Positions 48,801 through 59,784 of a stretch of 64,000 nt of DNA are shown here, piece after piece (the stretch's first letter is position 1; every line of letters starts with the position of its first letter). This DNA is from the human T2T-CHM13v2.0 reference genome, Homo sapiens. Position numbers and translations under genes: made by a program. The stretch lies in assembly GCF_009914755.1 (NCBI RefSeq), contig NC_060939.1, one strand, 5' to 3'. Under the pieces are notes generated by a model that searched no databases, had not been told where the DNA came from, and saw only the letters and a list, made by a program, of their open reading frames with translations.

Positions 48801-50539
48801 AAACGGGCTGGTGTGTACAGAGAAGCTTCTCAAATTTCTGAATGGAGAAAGTGGGGTGTCAGGAAGAAGAGGTGAGGGAGAAGCTGGCCAAGTCGTCAGG
48901 GGTTCCTTTGGCTTCTAGGCAGCTTGAGCATTATTCTTCTCATCAAGACACAGTGAGGGCCCTTTTTTCATCCTACCAGGAGGTTTTCCAGATTCACTGT
49001 GGGCATTATGTCCTCTAAGAAGCCTACCCTAATTCTTGTCCCTCCTTAGACACTCATCATCTGTGCTCTTCCTGCACTCTAGGAAACCCCTCATGATGGG
49101 TTGTGTTTTAAGGTGTATCCTCCCCACGGCCTGCCAGCCCCTTTGAAGAAAGGGCTGCTCTTTCTCACCTCTGTATCTCAGTGCCTGGCCCAGTGCACAG
49201 TCCCTGCAGCTCAGAAACATCTGGACCCCTGAGTGCCTTTAAGGAGGCCAGAGGGGAAAGACTGACAGATGCTGCTCCTCAGTTCCCTCCAAGCCAGTGG
49301 CACACGTAAGTGCTCGGCACAGGGTCTTTCTGAGCGCTCGAAGTTGCTAGAGACACTAGACTTCAGGTATAGGTTTTCAACAGCTGAAACAGAGGCTGTG
49401 GCAATTTCCTAAAATTGGTTGCTTTTACTACAAATAACAGTGATTGTGCTCTGCTAATAGCTGTGCTCCACAATTCTTAAACTTAGCCTTCCACCTTTCC
49501 TTCTCTCCTTCCTTTCCTTCCTTCCTTCTTACCACTGCCTGCAATTCTCAGACAAGGGCTTTGACATGCAGAGTGGTGGGGAGAGAGGTGCTCTTTAAGG
49601 TGATGCAAACACTCTTTTCATTTCTGCTGTGGCTGGACTCATAGTTGAGTTCTCTGCTTGACATTTTGAGGGTAACAATAGCATTGGAATGGGTAAGGGC
49701 TGGGCAGTCTGAGCTGAGTCTTCTGTGCCTCAGGAGGCTCAATTTCTGGAAGGGTGGGAGCCGGAGTGGAGCAATAAGGGTGAAAACATCTTTTGGAACA
49801 GTCTGTTTTCATTGCCTCTTCTTCCAGGGTGACAGCAGGTGGCAAGGAGAGGGCCACTGATCACTGTGCCCCCACTCCAGACCCTAAGTTTTAAAGGATA
49901 AGTATTAAACTCTTCTTGTCCTCTTGGAGCAGAAGAGCCAAATCCAGCCGGCTCTGCAGCTTCTGGCAGGTTAAAAAGCATGCATTTCCACATGACTTGC
50001 TGATTTACACCACATTTTGACATGTTTTAAAAACCTCCCTGCAGTTCCTTTTGCTGGCTCCCCTGAACACTGGTGTTGTGGAGCTCTGAGCAGAGCTCCA
50101 GGTTTATTTTCTGGCGTCTGCTGTCTATGTGCCGCCTTTGTTTTGGGCTCTCCCCAGCACATTGCCCCGTTGTCCTTGAGGGAGGAAGCCAGCCAGTCTC
50201 TGGCTTCCTTTGTAACTTCCCAGTTCCTCCACTCACAGCCTCTGCTCATCTGCTCACCCACCCCAACCACTTTGTTTTAAGTGCTGCGGGATTGAATTTC
50301 TCATCTTCAAATGCAAACAACCATTTGGCTTCGTGTCCATTACACAGGCACCTCTGGGGGCACATGCAGGCACTGTGGCCCCGAAAAACTCTTCAGAGGT
50401 GAGCGGCTTTCAGGATGAGAGGGCCAACAATGGCTCATCTCCTAAAGACCTCGATAAACATAATCAGTAGCCCCAGAAAACACAACAGCTGTCCCAAGCC
50501 TATCCCCTTTGCACCTATCTCAGAAAAGGCAACATGCAG

Positions 50540-50715
50540 AGTGGTCAGGAGTTCAAGTCCTCAGGGCCCTACTCTGAAGCTGTGACCCTGACAGGTCACT
50601 TTAGCGCTCAGCTTCCCTTTCCTCATCTGTAAAATGGGAATAGAAACTGAATCTGCTTCATGGGGCCTTGTAAGTATTACATAAGCTGTCATATGCAAAA
50701 TGTCCATCACATAGT
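50540..50715 (+). mobile_element. MIR
   Basis: ttcctcatctgtaaaatgggaata core. Confidence 0.75.
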
Positions 50716-51219
50716 TTACCGCCCCAGGCATCCTAGAAACTATTAAGTCACGATAAGGAGGTTGCTACTGTCCTGGGACCTGGGGAGCTCGGCTGTCCAG
50801 TCCGAAAGGGCCTTCTCGCCCTCGAGACCCCTTCAAGTCCCTTTCTCTCCGGGCCCGGGTCCCAGAGTCCCCTTGTGCTTGCTCCTGAGGGTGACCTGCC
50901 CGTGCCCCGGGGCGAGCACAGGTGCGGCCCTGGCCACAATGCGGGCGTGGCGAGCCGACACCCGGGGAGGCCAAGGGCGCCTCGAGGGAGGGAGGGAGGA
51001 GGCTGACCCGGGCGTCCCTAAGGACCCGCCCGGCCCCGGACTCCGGGCGGCAGCCGGCCTCGCGCCCCGCCCCCGCCCCGGGAGCCCCGCCCAGTCCCGT
51101 CGCGCCGCGCCGCCCCACCGCCCGGGTTGGCTGCCCTGGAGGCCACGCGCGGCGATTTGCCACGCGCCGCGTCACCGGGCCGCTCCCGGCCTGGGCTCCC
51201 GGGGGCTGGTCAGGGAGGT

Positions 51220-51406
51220 GGCGGCGGCTGAGCGGCGGAGCGGGGGCGGCAGGGCGCGACGCCGCCGGGCCGCCCCGCCCTGGGAGGCGCCCGGGCCCTC
51301 ATCAAGTGACCAGTATCCCTTCCAGGGGAACACGGTCCTTCAGAGGAAAGCGAGCTCCAACCCGCGGCCCCGGCGCCAAGCCGCCGTCATCTTCTTCCTG
51401 TGCCAG
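51220..51406 (+). other. MEF2A: Probable alternative upstream non-coding first exon of MEF2A; start approximate
   Basis: CAG|GTGATC donor at 51407 downstream of a GC-box cluster; MEF2A is recalled to have a second promoter about 0.5 kb upstream. Confidence 0.5.
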
Positions 51407-51648
51407 GTGATCGTCTCCTCACCCACCCGGAAAAACATAGTCCGCCCCCACGTCCTTGTGGAATAGCGCCCGCTTCCAAGCACCGTGACTCTCTTTGCCC
51501 TACCCTTGTCTTTCCCATTCCAATTACTCTAGAACCCACCGAGAGGATAATTCAGTCCTGAAAAGAAACTGATGGGGAGAAGCGAGGAAGGGAACCCAGG
51601 AGGGAGGGGAGGCAGGGCTGCGGAGGGACACCGAGGCGGCGGAGGTAG

Positions 51649-51660
51649 TGCGCACGCGCA
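51649..51660. promoter_or_regulatory. NRF1 binding site TGCGCACGCGCA
   Basis: Match to NRF1 consensus YGCGCAYGCGCR in the proximal promoter. Confidence 0.9.
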
Positions 51661-51697
51661 GCACAGAACGAGTTCCGGTCTGGCCGAGGCTTGTCTC

Positions 51698-51707
51698 CTA
51701 AAAATAG
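51698..51707. promoter_or_regulatory. MEF2 binding site CTAAAAATAG (autoregulatory element near the TSS)
   Basis: Perfect CTA(A/T)4TAG embedded in GC-rich DNA. Confidence 0.9.
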
Positions 51708-51841
51708 CCCCGGTGTGGGGATCCGTGCGCGGATGTCCCGGCGAGTCCCGGGCTGAAAGAGGCGGCTCCGGGCGGCGCGAAGCGCTGGTGGCGGGCCCGG
51801 GCTGCGGCGTGTGCGCGCCCGCCAGCTGCTCCGGAGATACG
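51700..51841 (+). other. MEF2A: Non-coding first exon (5'UTR) of MEF2A, main promoter; start approximate
   Basis: Ends ...CTCCGGAGATACG|GTGAGG (donor at 51842); lies directly downstream of the NRF1/MEF2 sites; sequence recalled as MEF2A 5'UTR. Confidence 0.8.
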
Positions 51842-53361
51842 GTGAGGGCCGCGGGCAGCGGGGCTCAGTCCGCGACGCCGGTAGTGCTGGAGGGGGGCGG
51901 CGTCTCGCTTAGGGGACCGAGTAGGGGTTGGGGTGGAGGTGCTGGGGCGGGGGACGGCGCGGCCGAGAGGGTCGCCCGGGGGGCTCCGGGGACCCCTGGA
52001 CGAGGCCGTGTCCGGCTTGGAGGGGGCCAGGGTCGCGTTCGCGCATTGGCGGGGCGGGTAGGGTGCTGGGAGGCGGGTAGGGTGCTGGGAGGCGGCGAGG
52101 GGTGGTCGGGTCGGGGTCGGCGCTGAGGAGCTAGGCGCCCGGGGAGGTGGGGGCGGGGTGCCCTGAGGGCGGGCCGGGGGGGCTGGATGGGGCTCGGCTG
52201 GGCGGGCCGAGGGGAGCTCAGTCGCGCGGGCTGGTGGCGAGCAGCCTCCCCGGGCGCGCACCGCTTGGGGCCGGGGGGCGGTGGTGGACGTCGCCTCCTT
52301 GAAAGTTGAAGGAGTTCTCGGGAGACCCCGGAGAAGGTGCGCTCTGAGGGCCCTTTCCTTCCCCTTTTCCCTCCAAGCCCGGGGGTCTCCCCGAAGGGAT
52401 TAGCCCCAAGTGCGGGGGGCCTTCTGCCCTGTTGGACTTGAAGAAGTTCCCCCACTTCTGCTTTGGGAGAAGATTGGTCTAACGGGGTGGAACGCTTAGG
52501 TACGAATTCTGTGAGTGTGTAGATGTCAGTGGCGGGGTCGGTGTTTGGGGCGGACACCTGCGGTTGCGGACGCCCGATCGTGCGGGGAGACGTCGCGGGG
52601 ACAGAGGGGCTGCACAGGGAACCGCTGGCTGAACCCCTGCCATCCGGCTAGATCCCAGCTCGCAGAAAATATTTTTTGTGTTAGAAACTTTGCTTTTTGG
52701 CTCGATTTCATGCCTTTGAGCTGTGAGGGTTAAAGTAAGTGAGATAGTGCAAACAAGTTTGGAAAAGGTGAGCAATCCTGAATAAGAAAACAGTTTTTCT
52801 TTAAAAGTGTAACTATAGAATTGTTGCTCACATCCGAAATAGATTCCGGAGCTGTGAAGCGAGCCTCCTGTTATGGTCCAGCAGGGAACCGTGTGTAGCT
52901 TGAATATAACATAGTGTTAACCTGCGTTTTAGTTTACAGTGAGATTGGGATTCCAATAAATGCCCTATTAGAAAGGCCTGCTGTGATGTGTTAACAATAG
53001 CATATGTATTTTTAAACAAACATTGTCTTAACATTTTTTCGGGTTTTTAGCACAGTATGTTTCCCATGTGTCTTGTATCATCTATTACTATATGAAGAGG
53101 AGGTTCTCTAAAGCTGTAATTAGGTGTACATTACCCAAGAGTACTTTCCCTTTAAGAATCCAGCTGTGTTGTTTTGGCAACTGCTAAGTACTCTAGTTGT
53201 CAGTTTTAGAATCTGTGTTACCTTGGCAGTTCTTGAACAGTCTGTGGAAAAGGTAAACAAAATAGTTCTTTTTTAAACATACAAAAATGACATTTCTTTT
53301 AATATGAATTTAGGAAGTGAGGATAAAAATGACTGCATTGTGCCTTTATGGCTTTTGTATG

Positions 53362-53365
<4 letters not shown>

Positions 53366-53403
<38 letters not shown>
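53366..53403. repeat. (TG)19 microsatellite in intron 1
   Basis: Direct reading. Confidence 0.97.
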
Positions 53404-53405
<2 letters not shown>

Positions 53406-56400
53406 TTTTGGAGAGCTCAGTCTCCATTTCTTTTTCTGTAAATTACAACTTTTGTTTTAGGGAATCAAGAGTTTTCACTAAAGCAGATGCTGATTTAGAT
53501 TAGTTTATATTAAATGTCATAAACACACACCTGTATATCATAAAACATTAAGATCAGTATTTGTTATATATGGTGACACATTGACAATAGAATCACCTTT
53601 ATTTTAATTCTCAGTGAGCATTGTTGCAAAAAGTTGTGATAATGGTGTTACAATAATCAAAAGTACTCTGAAGAGCTAAAACTGGTGATTTGAATGTTTG
53701 TAGACTCTAGATTAACAGTTTTGTTGAAGAGTGTGGTTCCAGTAGCTACTTAGTGAAAACAGTGACTGTGAAGTAATGGTGACCTCTCTAAACGCAATTA
53801 TTTGCTTACCTATTTCCTTTAATTCACACTATGGTTATATATAAAATTGTGGTTTGATTTCATATTAGAACAAAAGTGTTAAAATTACACTTTACTTGCC
53901 TTCAAAAGTTTTTTAAAAAATTAAATTCTGGGGGGTGTTCAGTGGAAGGAAAATAGCTTATTGACACCCAGAAATAATTGTAATGTCACCATGTTGAATT
54001 ATGGTTTGAGAATAATTTCCTTCTGTATTCTTAGAGTTTGTTTTCATATGGGTATGTGTGACAAGGATTTTTTTTTGTAAATGCAGTTGGAAATAATCTC
54101 TTAAAAAGGTTGAGTTGTTTCAAATGGTGATGTTATGTTTTTCAAAGCAATTTCGTTACAATTTGCCTTTTCCATCATGCATTGTGGGTTAATATTAATT
54201 TTATTAATATTCCAGCAATAGCAGTGTCATCCATTAATTGGCTACCAAAAAGAGGAATATTGAATTATATTCTGAGGGTGGTTAAGAAATTATGGAAATG
54301 TTTATTAGAATATGATTTTGGAGTTTGAAATAGTCTAGCTAAATCTTTTCAGTAGATTTGTGTTCTGATTTAGGAGGAAGAAGCCATGAACAAATTTGTT
54401 ACTGAAAAATAGCATGCTTGTCAGTTTGGAAAACCATCTTTTTTCCTCCCTTTGCTGCTTTTAGTCTGGCAAGAAGAATGTAGTGTAATATACGATGATG
54501 ATGGGCCTGGATTTGGGGGCATTTCTAATTTCACATATTCTGTGTTGTCATCAGACCATACCCCGGTTACTCATGGTACATATGAATGTTTCAAAGTCTA
54601 GCTGAAGTTTTCTTTTATGCGATGACACTATGAGAAAACCATTTGTGGACCAAAAATGATCACTATTTCTTTTTTCTAGATAAGAAAGAAAATCTGTGGA
54701 TTCTTAGTAAATGGAGAAGTGAGTGCCTTCTCTCCTAATGTTTAAATAATAAGTGTAAATATGGAAATCAGATCACCCTTTAAGCTGGATAACCTCGTGC
54801 AAGAGAATGCTTTTAACATATGCTGATTTGCAAGCCCCAGTAAAGGAAGGCTGCTTGACTCTGTAGTCAGATCTTGATTCAGATCCAGCTCCACTGCTGA
54901 CAGAGTTGAGATATCTCCTGTAAAATGAGATAGAATTACACTACCTGCCCCGTGTTGGAATTAAATGAGATAGCGAGTGTAAAAGTTCTAACACACTGCG
55001 TGAAGCTTCATGTGCGAAAATGCGTATTGCCTGATCTCCCTGCATCCCTTCTGGCTTTTGTTTCTTCTTTCCTCTGAAGATTATGTAGGTACCCTGCCCA
55101 GTACCCATACGTTTAGTGTTTGTGACCAAAAGGATTTCGTATAATGTATCAATAGAGAATGCTTAATGTGTTTGTTTTGGATAAAATATCCCAGCATCTT
55201 AAATTCATTGTCAGATTATACATAAAACGCTTAATTGGCTGTTTTAAAACATTAGAATTTTGATCTTCAACCATAGTTTGTTTCTAATCTCCATAATCTC
55301 CCCAAATATTTTTCTAAAGATTCAAGTTAAATATAAATAGTTTCCCAATCTTCAGTGAATTCTGTCTTTTAGGGATTGACTGTGGGAGTGGTCTCTAAGA
55401 TATAGTATTTGAAATTTAAAGTTAGAAGAATACTTCTGTAATCTACCTTGAATAGGTATTTTAAAATAGCTTAATTTCTGAAGAAAAGTTTTTAAATATT
55501 TTAATATTGAAGGTTATTTTAATATTTTAAAGTAACTTTAGTTAATCTGTAATTTTTAAAATACTTTGATTTGGTGTGAAATTAATGATTTTCTCGTGTA
55601 TAGTTTATCTGTGTGCCTTATAATAAATGGACCTTGTGTCCAGTTTATTATAATTAAGAGTGTAAATCCATTTGTTAATTAGTAAATCTTACACATAGCA
55701 CACGATATAGGTTGGTACTTATTTAATAAGTACTAAATTTTTATATAGATGCTTTATACTTTAATAATATTTATATTTACAGAATTTAATTGATATTTAC
55801 TGAATTTAATATTTTAATTATTAATTATCTTAGTCGAGATGAAATCATAAGCATATGAGTTAAAAATATTAGCTCCTTTGTGAGGTGGAATACCATATTT
55901 AAACATTGGTGTATGAAGGCAGGTAATTTACTTCATCATTATTTTAACAAGTGATGTTGATAAAAGCCAGAGGAACAAACATGGGTGAAAAACATATTAA
56001 TTAATCAAACTTCTAGTAAATACCAACCCGGGCATGTCTTTTTATGGTTGTCTTGAATTAATACTAATTTTACTTCCTTACACAAAAATACAAACTTCAA
56101 AAACAAAATAAACAAGAAAACATGAAAACATAAAAACGAAACAAAGCAAAAACAAAACAAAAACCTTTAATATATGGACTTAAAAAAATTCTCACCATTA
56201 TTAAAATTATATGCTTGAGAAAGGTTTTCAGTAGTGGTCAGTAAGTTTATACTGCATGAGCTGGACATTTTTACTTTGTTACTTGCGTGACCAGCAGCAT
56301 GCATGTGCAGGTTGACGTGGATTCATTTGAGGCATGATTTGTGACACTTGGAACAAAGGGCTGCTTCCCATTCGACCTGGTAAAAGAAATTGTAACTTTT

Positions 56401-56641
56401 GGGCTTAATAAAACAAGCGGCTCTTGCATTGACTAATACTATATTTGCCTGTTTCACCTCTCGTCCTCATCCTTAGCTGTCCATCTTCTACATAGAAATT
56501 GGAATTATATTTCTAAAATTCAGATCTATATGTCATTTCTTCTTAAAGAAAAAAAAAAAAACAACTTTTGAAGGCGTATGAGATCAATAGAGTGGCAGTA
56601 ATGTAAGGGATAGAAGATTGGCCTGTAAAATCAGACTTCCT

Positions 56642-56998
<357 letters not shown>

Positions 56999-57339
56999 TT
57001 ATTTAGTTACTTGCACTTTGTGTTCTTCAGCAAGTTCTTATGATTTTTGAGGCTTAGTGTATAAAATAGTAATTATAACATTATTTCATACAGTTTTTGA
57101 GAGGATTAAATGAGGTGTGTATTATAAAGTGCAGTGCCTGGTATATAACCTGCATTAATTTTCCTCCTACCATTACTATCGTTACTACTACTGCTATTGC
57201 TGTTAGTCATGGCTCACTTTATAATATGATTCCATCGTGTCTTTTGAGGCTCATTTTCAGCCATCACCTTTCAGTTTCTATGCCCTAGTCAAAGCCAGCT
57301 ATTAGCGCTAATCTGAAAAGGCCATATGTTTTCATACTG

Positions 57340-58350
57340 ATGACTACTACTTTTATTTTCCCAGCCCAGACTTCTCTTGAGTTTGATATTCACTTGGAAG
57401 TCTAGTTGGAATCTCAAGTATAATATAAATGATGTGGGTAAAATATAGCTATTTTTCCCTCTCCCCCAACCTTCTTCCTACCCCTAAACCCTGGCGTCTC
57501 TGCTGGCATTCCCCATATCCATAAATGGCAGTACCCAAGCCAAAAACTTAAGATATTATTCTTGATTCTTTCCATTTCTCTTAAGTCCAATCCATCCCCA
57601 CGTCCTGTTGCACCTTCACAATTTGCCTTGAGCAGTCCACTGCTCTTAGTCTTCGTTGCCACCTCTTTATTTGAAGCCATCATTCTCTTGCATGAAGTAC
57701 TGCAGTAATTTTCTAAGTGGGCTGCTTCTTTTTCTTCTTGCTCCATAGAAGTTTTTTTTTTTTTTTTTTCTTCACACAGCAGCCTGAGAATTATTTTAAG
57801 AGCCTATATTGGATCATATCATTTCTCTGCTTAAAATCTTCTGGTGACTTCCCATTCCTCTCAAAATCAAGTCCTCCATTCTGTGGCCTAAATGGCCCTG
57901 AATGAGCTTTCTCCTTCTCATCATTCTTCCCCTCATTCATCACATGTCAGCCACGAAGGCCTCTCAGTGTTTCTTAAACCCTCTGCACCCTTTTTTCTTT
58001 TAGGGCCTTTTGCACTTTCTGTACTCCCTCCTTGGGATATTCTTCAAATGTCTGGCTTGGCTAAACACTTTGGAGTTTGGCCCAAATCTCACTTCTCACT
58101 CAGAGGCCTAATCTGACCATCCTATTTAATATTGCAGTCTGTCATTTTACTCTCTTACACAGATTATTTCCTTCAAGACAATTGTAATTTGTGTATACCT
58201 GGTTTGTTTAGTTATTGCTTATTTATGGTATTTGTCCATTACCTGAATGTAAACTCCATAAAGGCAGAGGCCTTGTTCATCTTACTCTTAGCTGTATCCC
58301 CAGGCATTAGCATGCCGCCTGGCATTTGGAAGATAGTAAATATTTGATGC
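57340..58350 (+). mobile_element. L2
   Basis: cccagacttctc...atgtaaactccataaaggcagag...gtaaatatttg. Confidence 0.7.
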
Positions 58351-58743
58351 TTCTGTATCTTTGTTCCTGTTTTTTGCCAATGATTGGAATGCTGTCTTGC
58401 ACACATAGTTATAGTTATTGAACTACTTATCCTTTAAGTCTTAGCTCAGATGTCATCTGTGATACCAGTTTTAATCTCCTAGACAAAAGTTTTTTGCTCT
58501 TGCTCTTGTGTGCTTCTAAAGCCCATGATACATGCACTATTTGTAGAGTAAATCCCATGTTAGGTATTTAGAATATTATTTGATTATTTGAATATAATTG
58601 ATGTCACTGTCTTCTATTAGGCTGAATTGCTATGTCAAGGACCAGCTGGCTCTTTTGTGTGCTCAGTATCTACCAACCAACCTATTATAGTAGATATAGT
58701 GAATTCTCAGTAAATGTTGAATTGAGTAGAAGTTGTCCTAATC

Positions 58744-59042
58744 GGCCGGGCGCGGTGGCTCACGCCTGTAATCCCAGCACTTTGGGAGGCCGAGGCGGGC
58801 GATTCACGAGGTCAGGAGATCGAGACCATCCTGGCTAACACAGTGAAACCCCGTCTCTACTAAAAATACAAAAAATTAGCCGGGCGTGGTGGTGGGCACC
58901 AGTAGTCCCAGCTATGCGGGAGGCTGAGGCAGGAGAATGGCGTGAACCCTGGGAGGCGGAGCCTGCAGTGAGCCAAGATCGCGCCACTGCACTCCAGCCT
59001 GGGCAACAGCGAGACTCCGTCTCAAAAAAAAAAAAAAAAAAA
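58744..59042 (+). mobile_element. AluY
   Basis: Y diagnostics (GAGATCGAGACCATCCTGGCTAACA, GAATGGCGTGAACC), CpG-rich, pure A tail, 16-bp TSD AGAAGTTGTCCTAATC. Confidence 0.96.
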
Positions 59043-59784
59043 AGAAGTTGTCCTAATCAACGGAAATAACCAACCACAGACCAGTTTTCCCAAATCACAC
59101 TTTAAAAATCATAAAGGTACTTTCCAAATTATAATCTTACTTTATGTGTTTTCTATTAACATACGGTCATTATTCTAAGGGCAGGAATTTGAGAGCTGTG
59201 GAGCACAAGGGGCATTTCCTCAGATTCTATTTTGCTTTCTTGCTGGGCACTGAGTAGCCATCTTGTCTGAGGGAAGTATTTCCAGTTTGAAATGCATATC
59301 TCTGTTGTTCATTACTAACCAACATCCCTTCTGGCCCTATTACTTCCCTCTAGCTTATCCAACTAATTTCATATGTTTATAGAAAAGCTCCAAGTTGAGG
59401 GGGGAACCTTATGGAAATTAACACAGTATACATGAAATACATTACTAATTCAGCTGTATTGCTAATGAAAATACATCAAAGAACTTTTGTAGCCAACATT
59501 AGGAACCCAGTCACCATTTGTAATAGTGAAAGTCATTCCCCATTCTAAATAGCTGACTTACAAATAGGCTTTTGGAACATATCCCATTTGTAAATTGGGG
59601 ATTCCTTTGGCAAAATGTTTATTTTGATACTGAAAACCTTTTTATTAATGGTGTTAAACCTAATTGATGGTATGGATTACGAAGAGAAAGGGAGAGAAGA
59701 ATCTAGGAGTTAAGGTTTTGTTTTTGTTTTCTTTCAGAAATGGCTTAATTTCCACAAAGTACAGTTTTAGGGTTGACAGATTTT

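Larger units (their letters stand above)
50750..52680 (+). promoter_or_regulatory. MEF2A: CpG-island promoter, most likely MEF2A
   Basis: Very GC- and CpG-rich stretch in an otherwise CpG-depleted window, with many GGGCGG boxes, NRF1 and MEF2 sites and splice donors. The NRF1+MEF2 arrangement and the exon-1 sequence match my recollection of the MEF2A promoter/5'UTR (not database-checked). Confidence 0.85.

Noticed and set aside
50762-52557. Long ORFs (136-234 aa) on both strands of the CpG island
   Set aside because: Low-complexity Pro/Arg/Gly/Ala translations expected from stop-poor GC-rich DNA; no recognisable domain; some cross the exon-1 donor
53800-55900. Extra MEF2-like A/T boxes in intron 1 (e.g. 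TTATATATAA ~53835)
   Set aside because: Expected by chance in very AT-rich DNA; cannot be supported without conservation data
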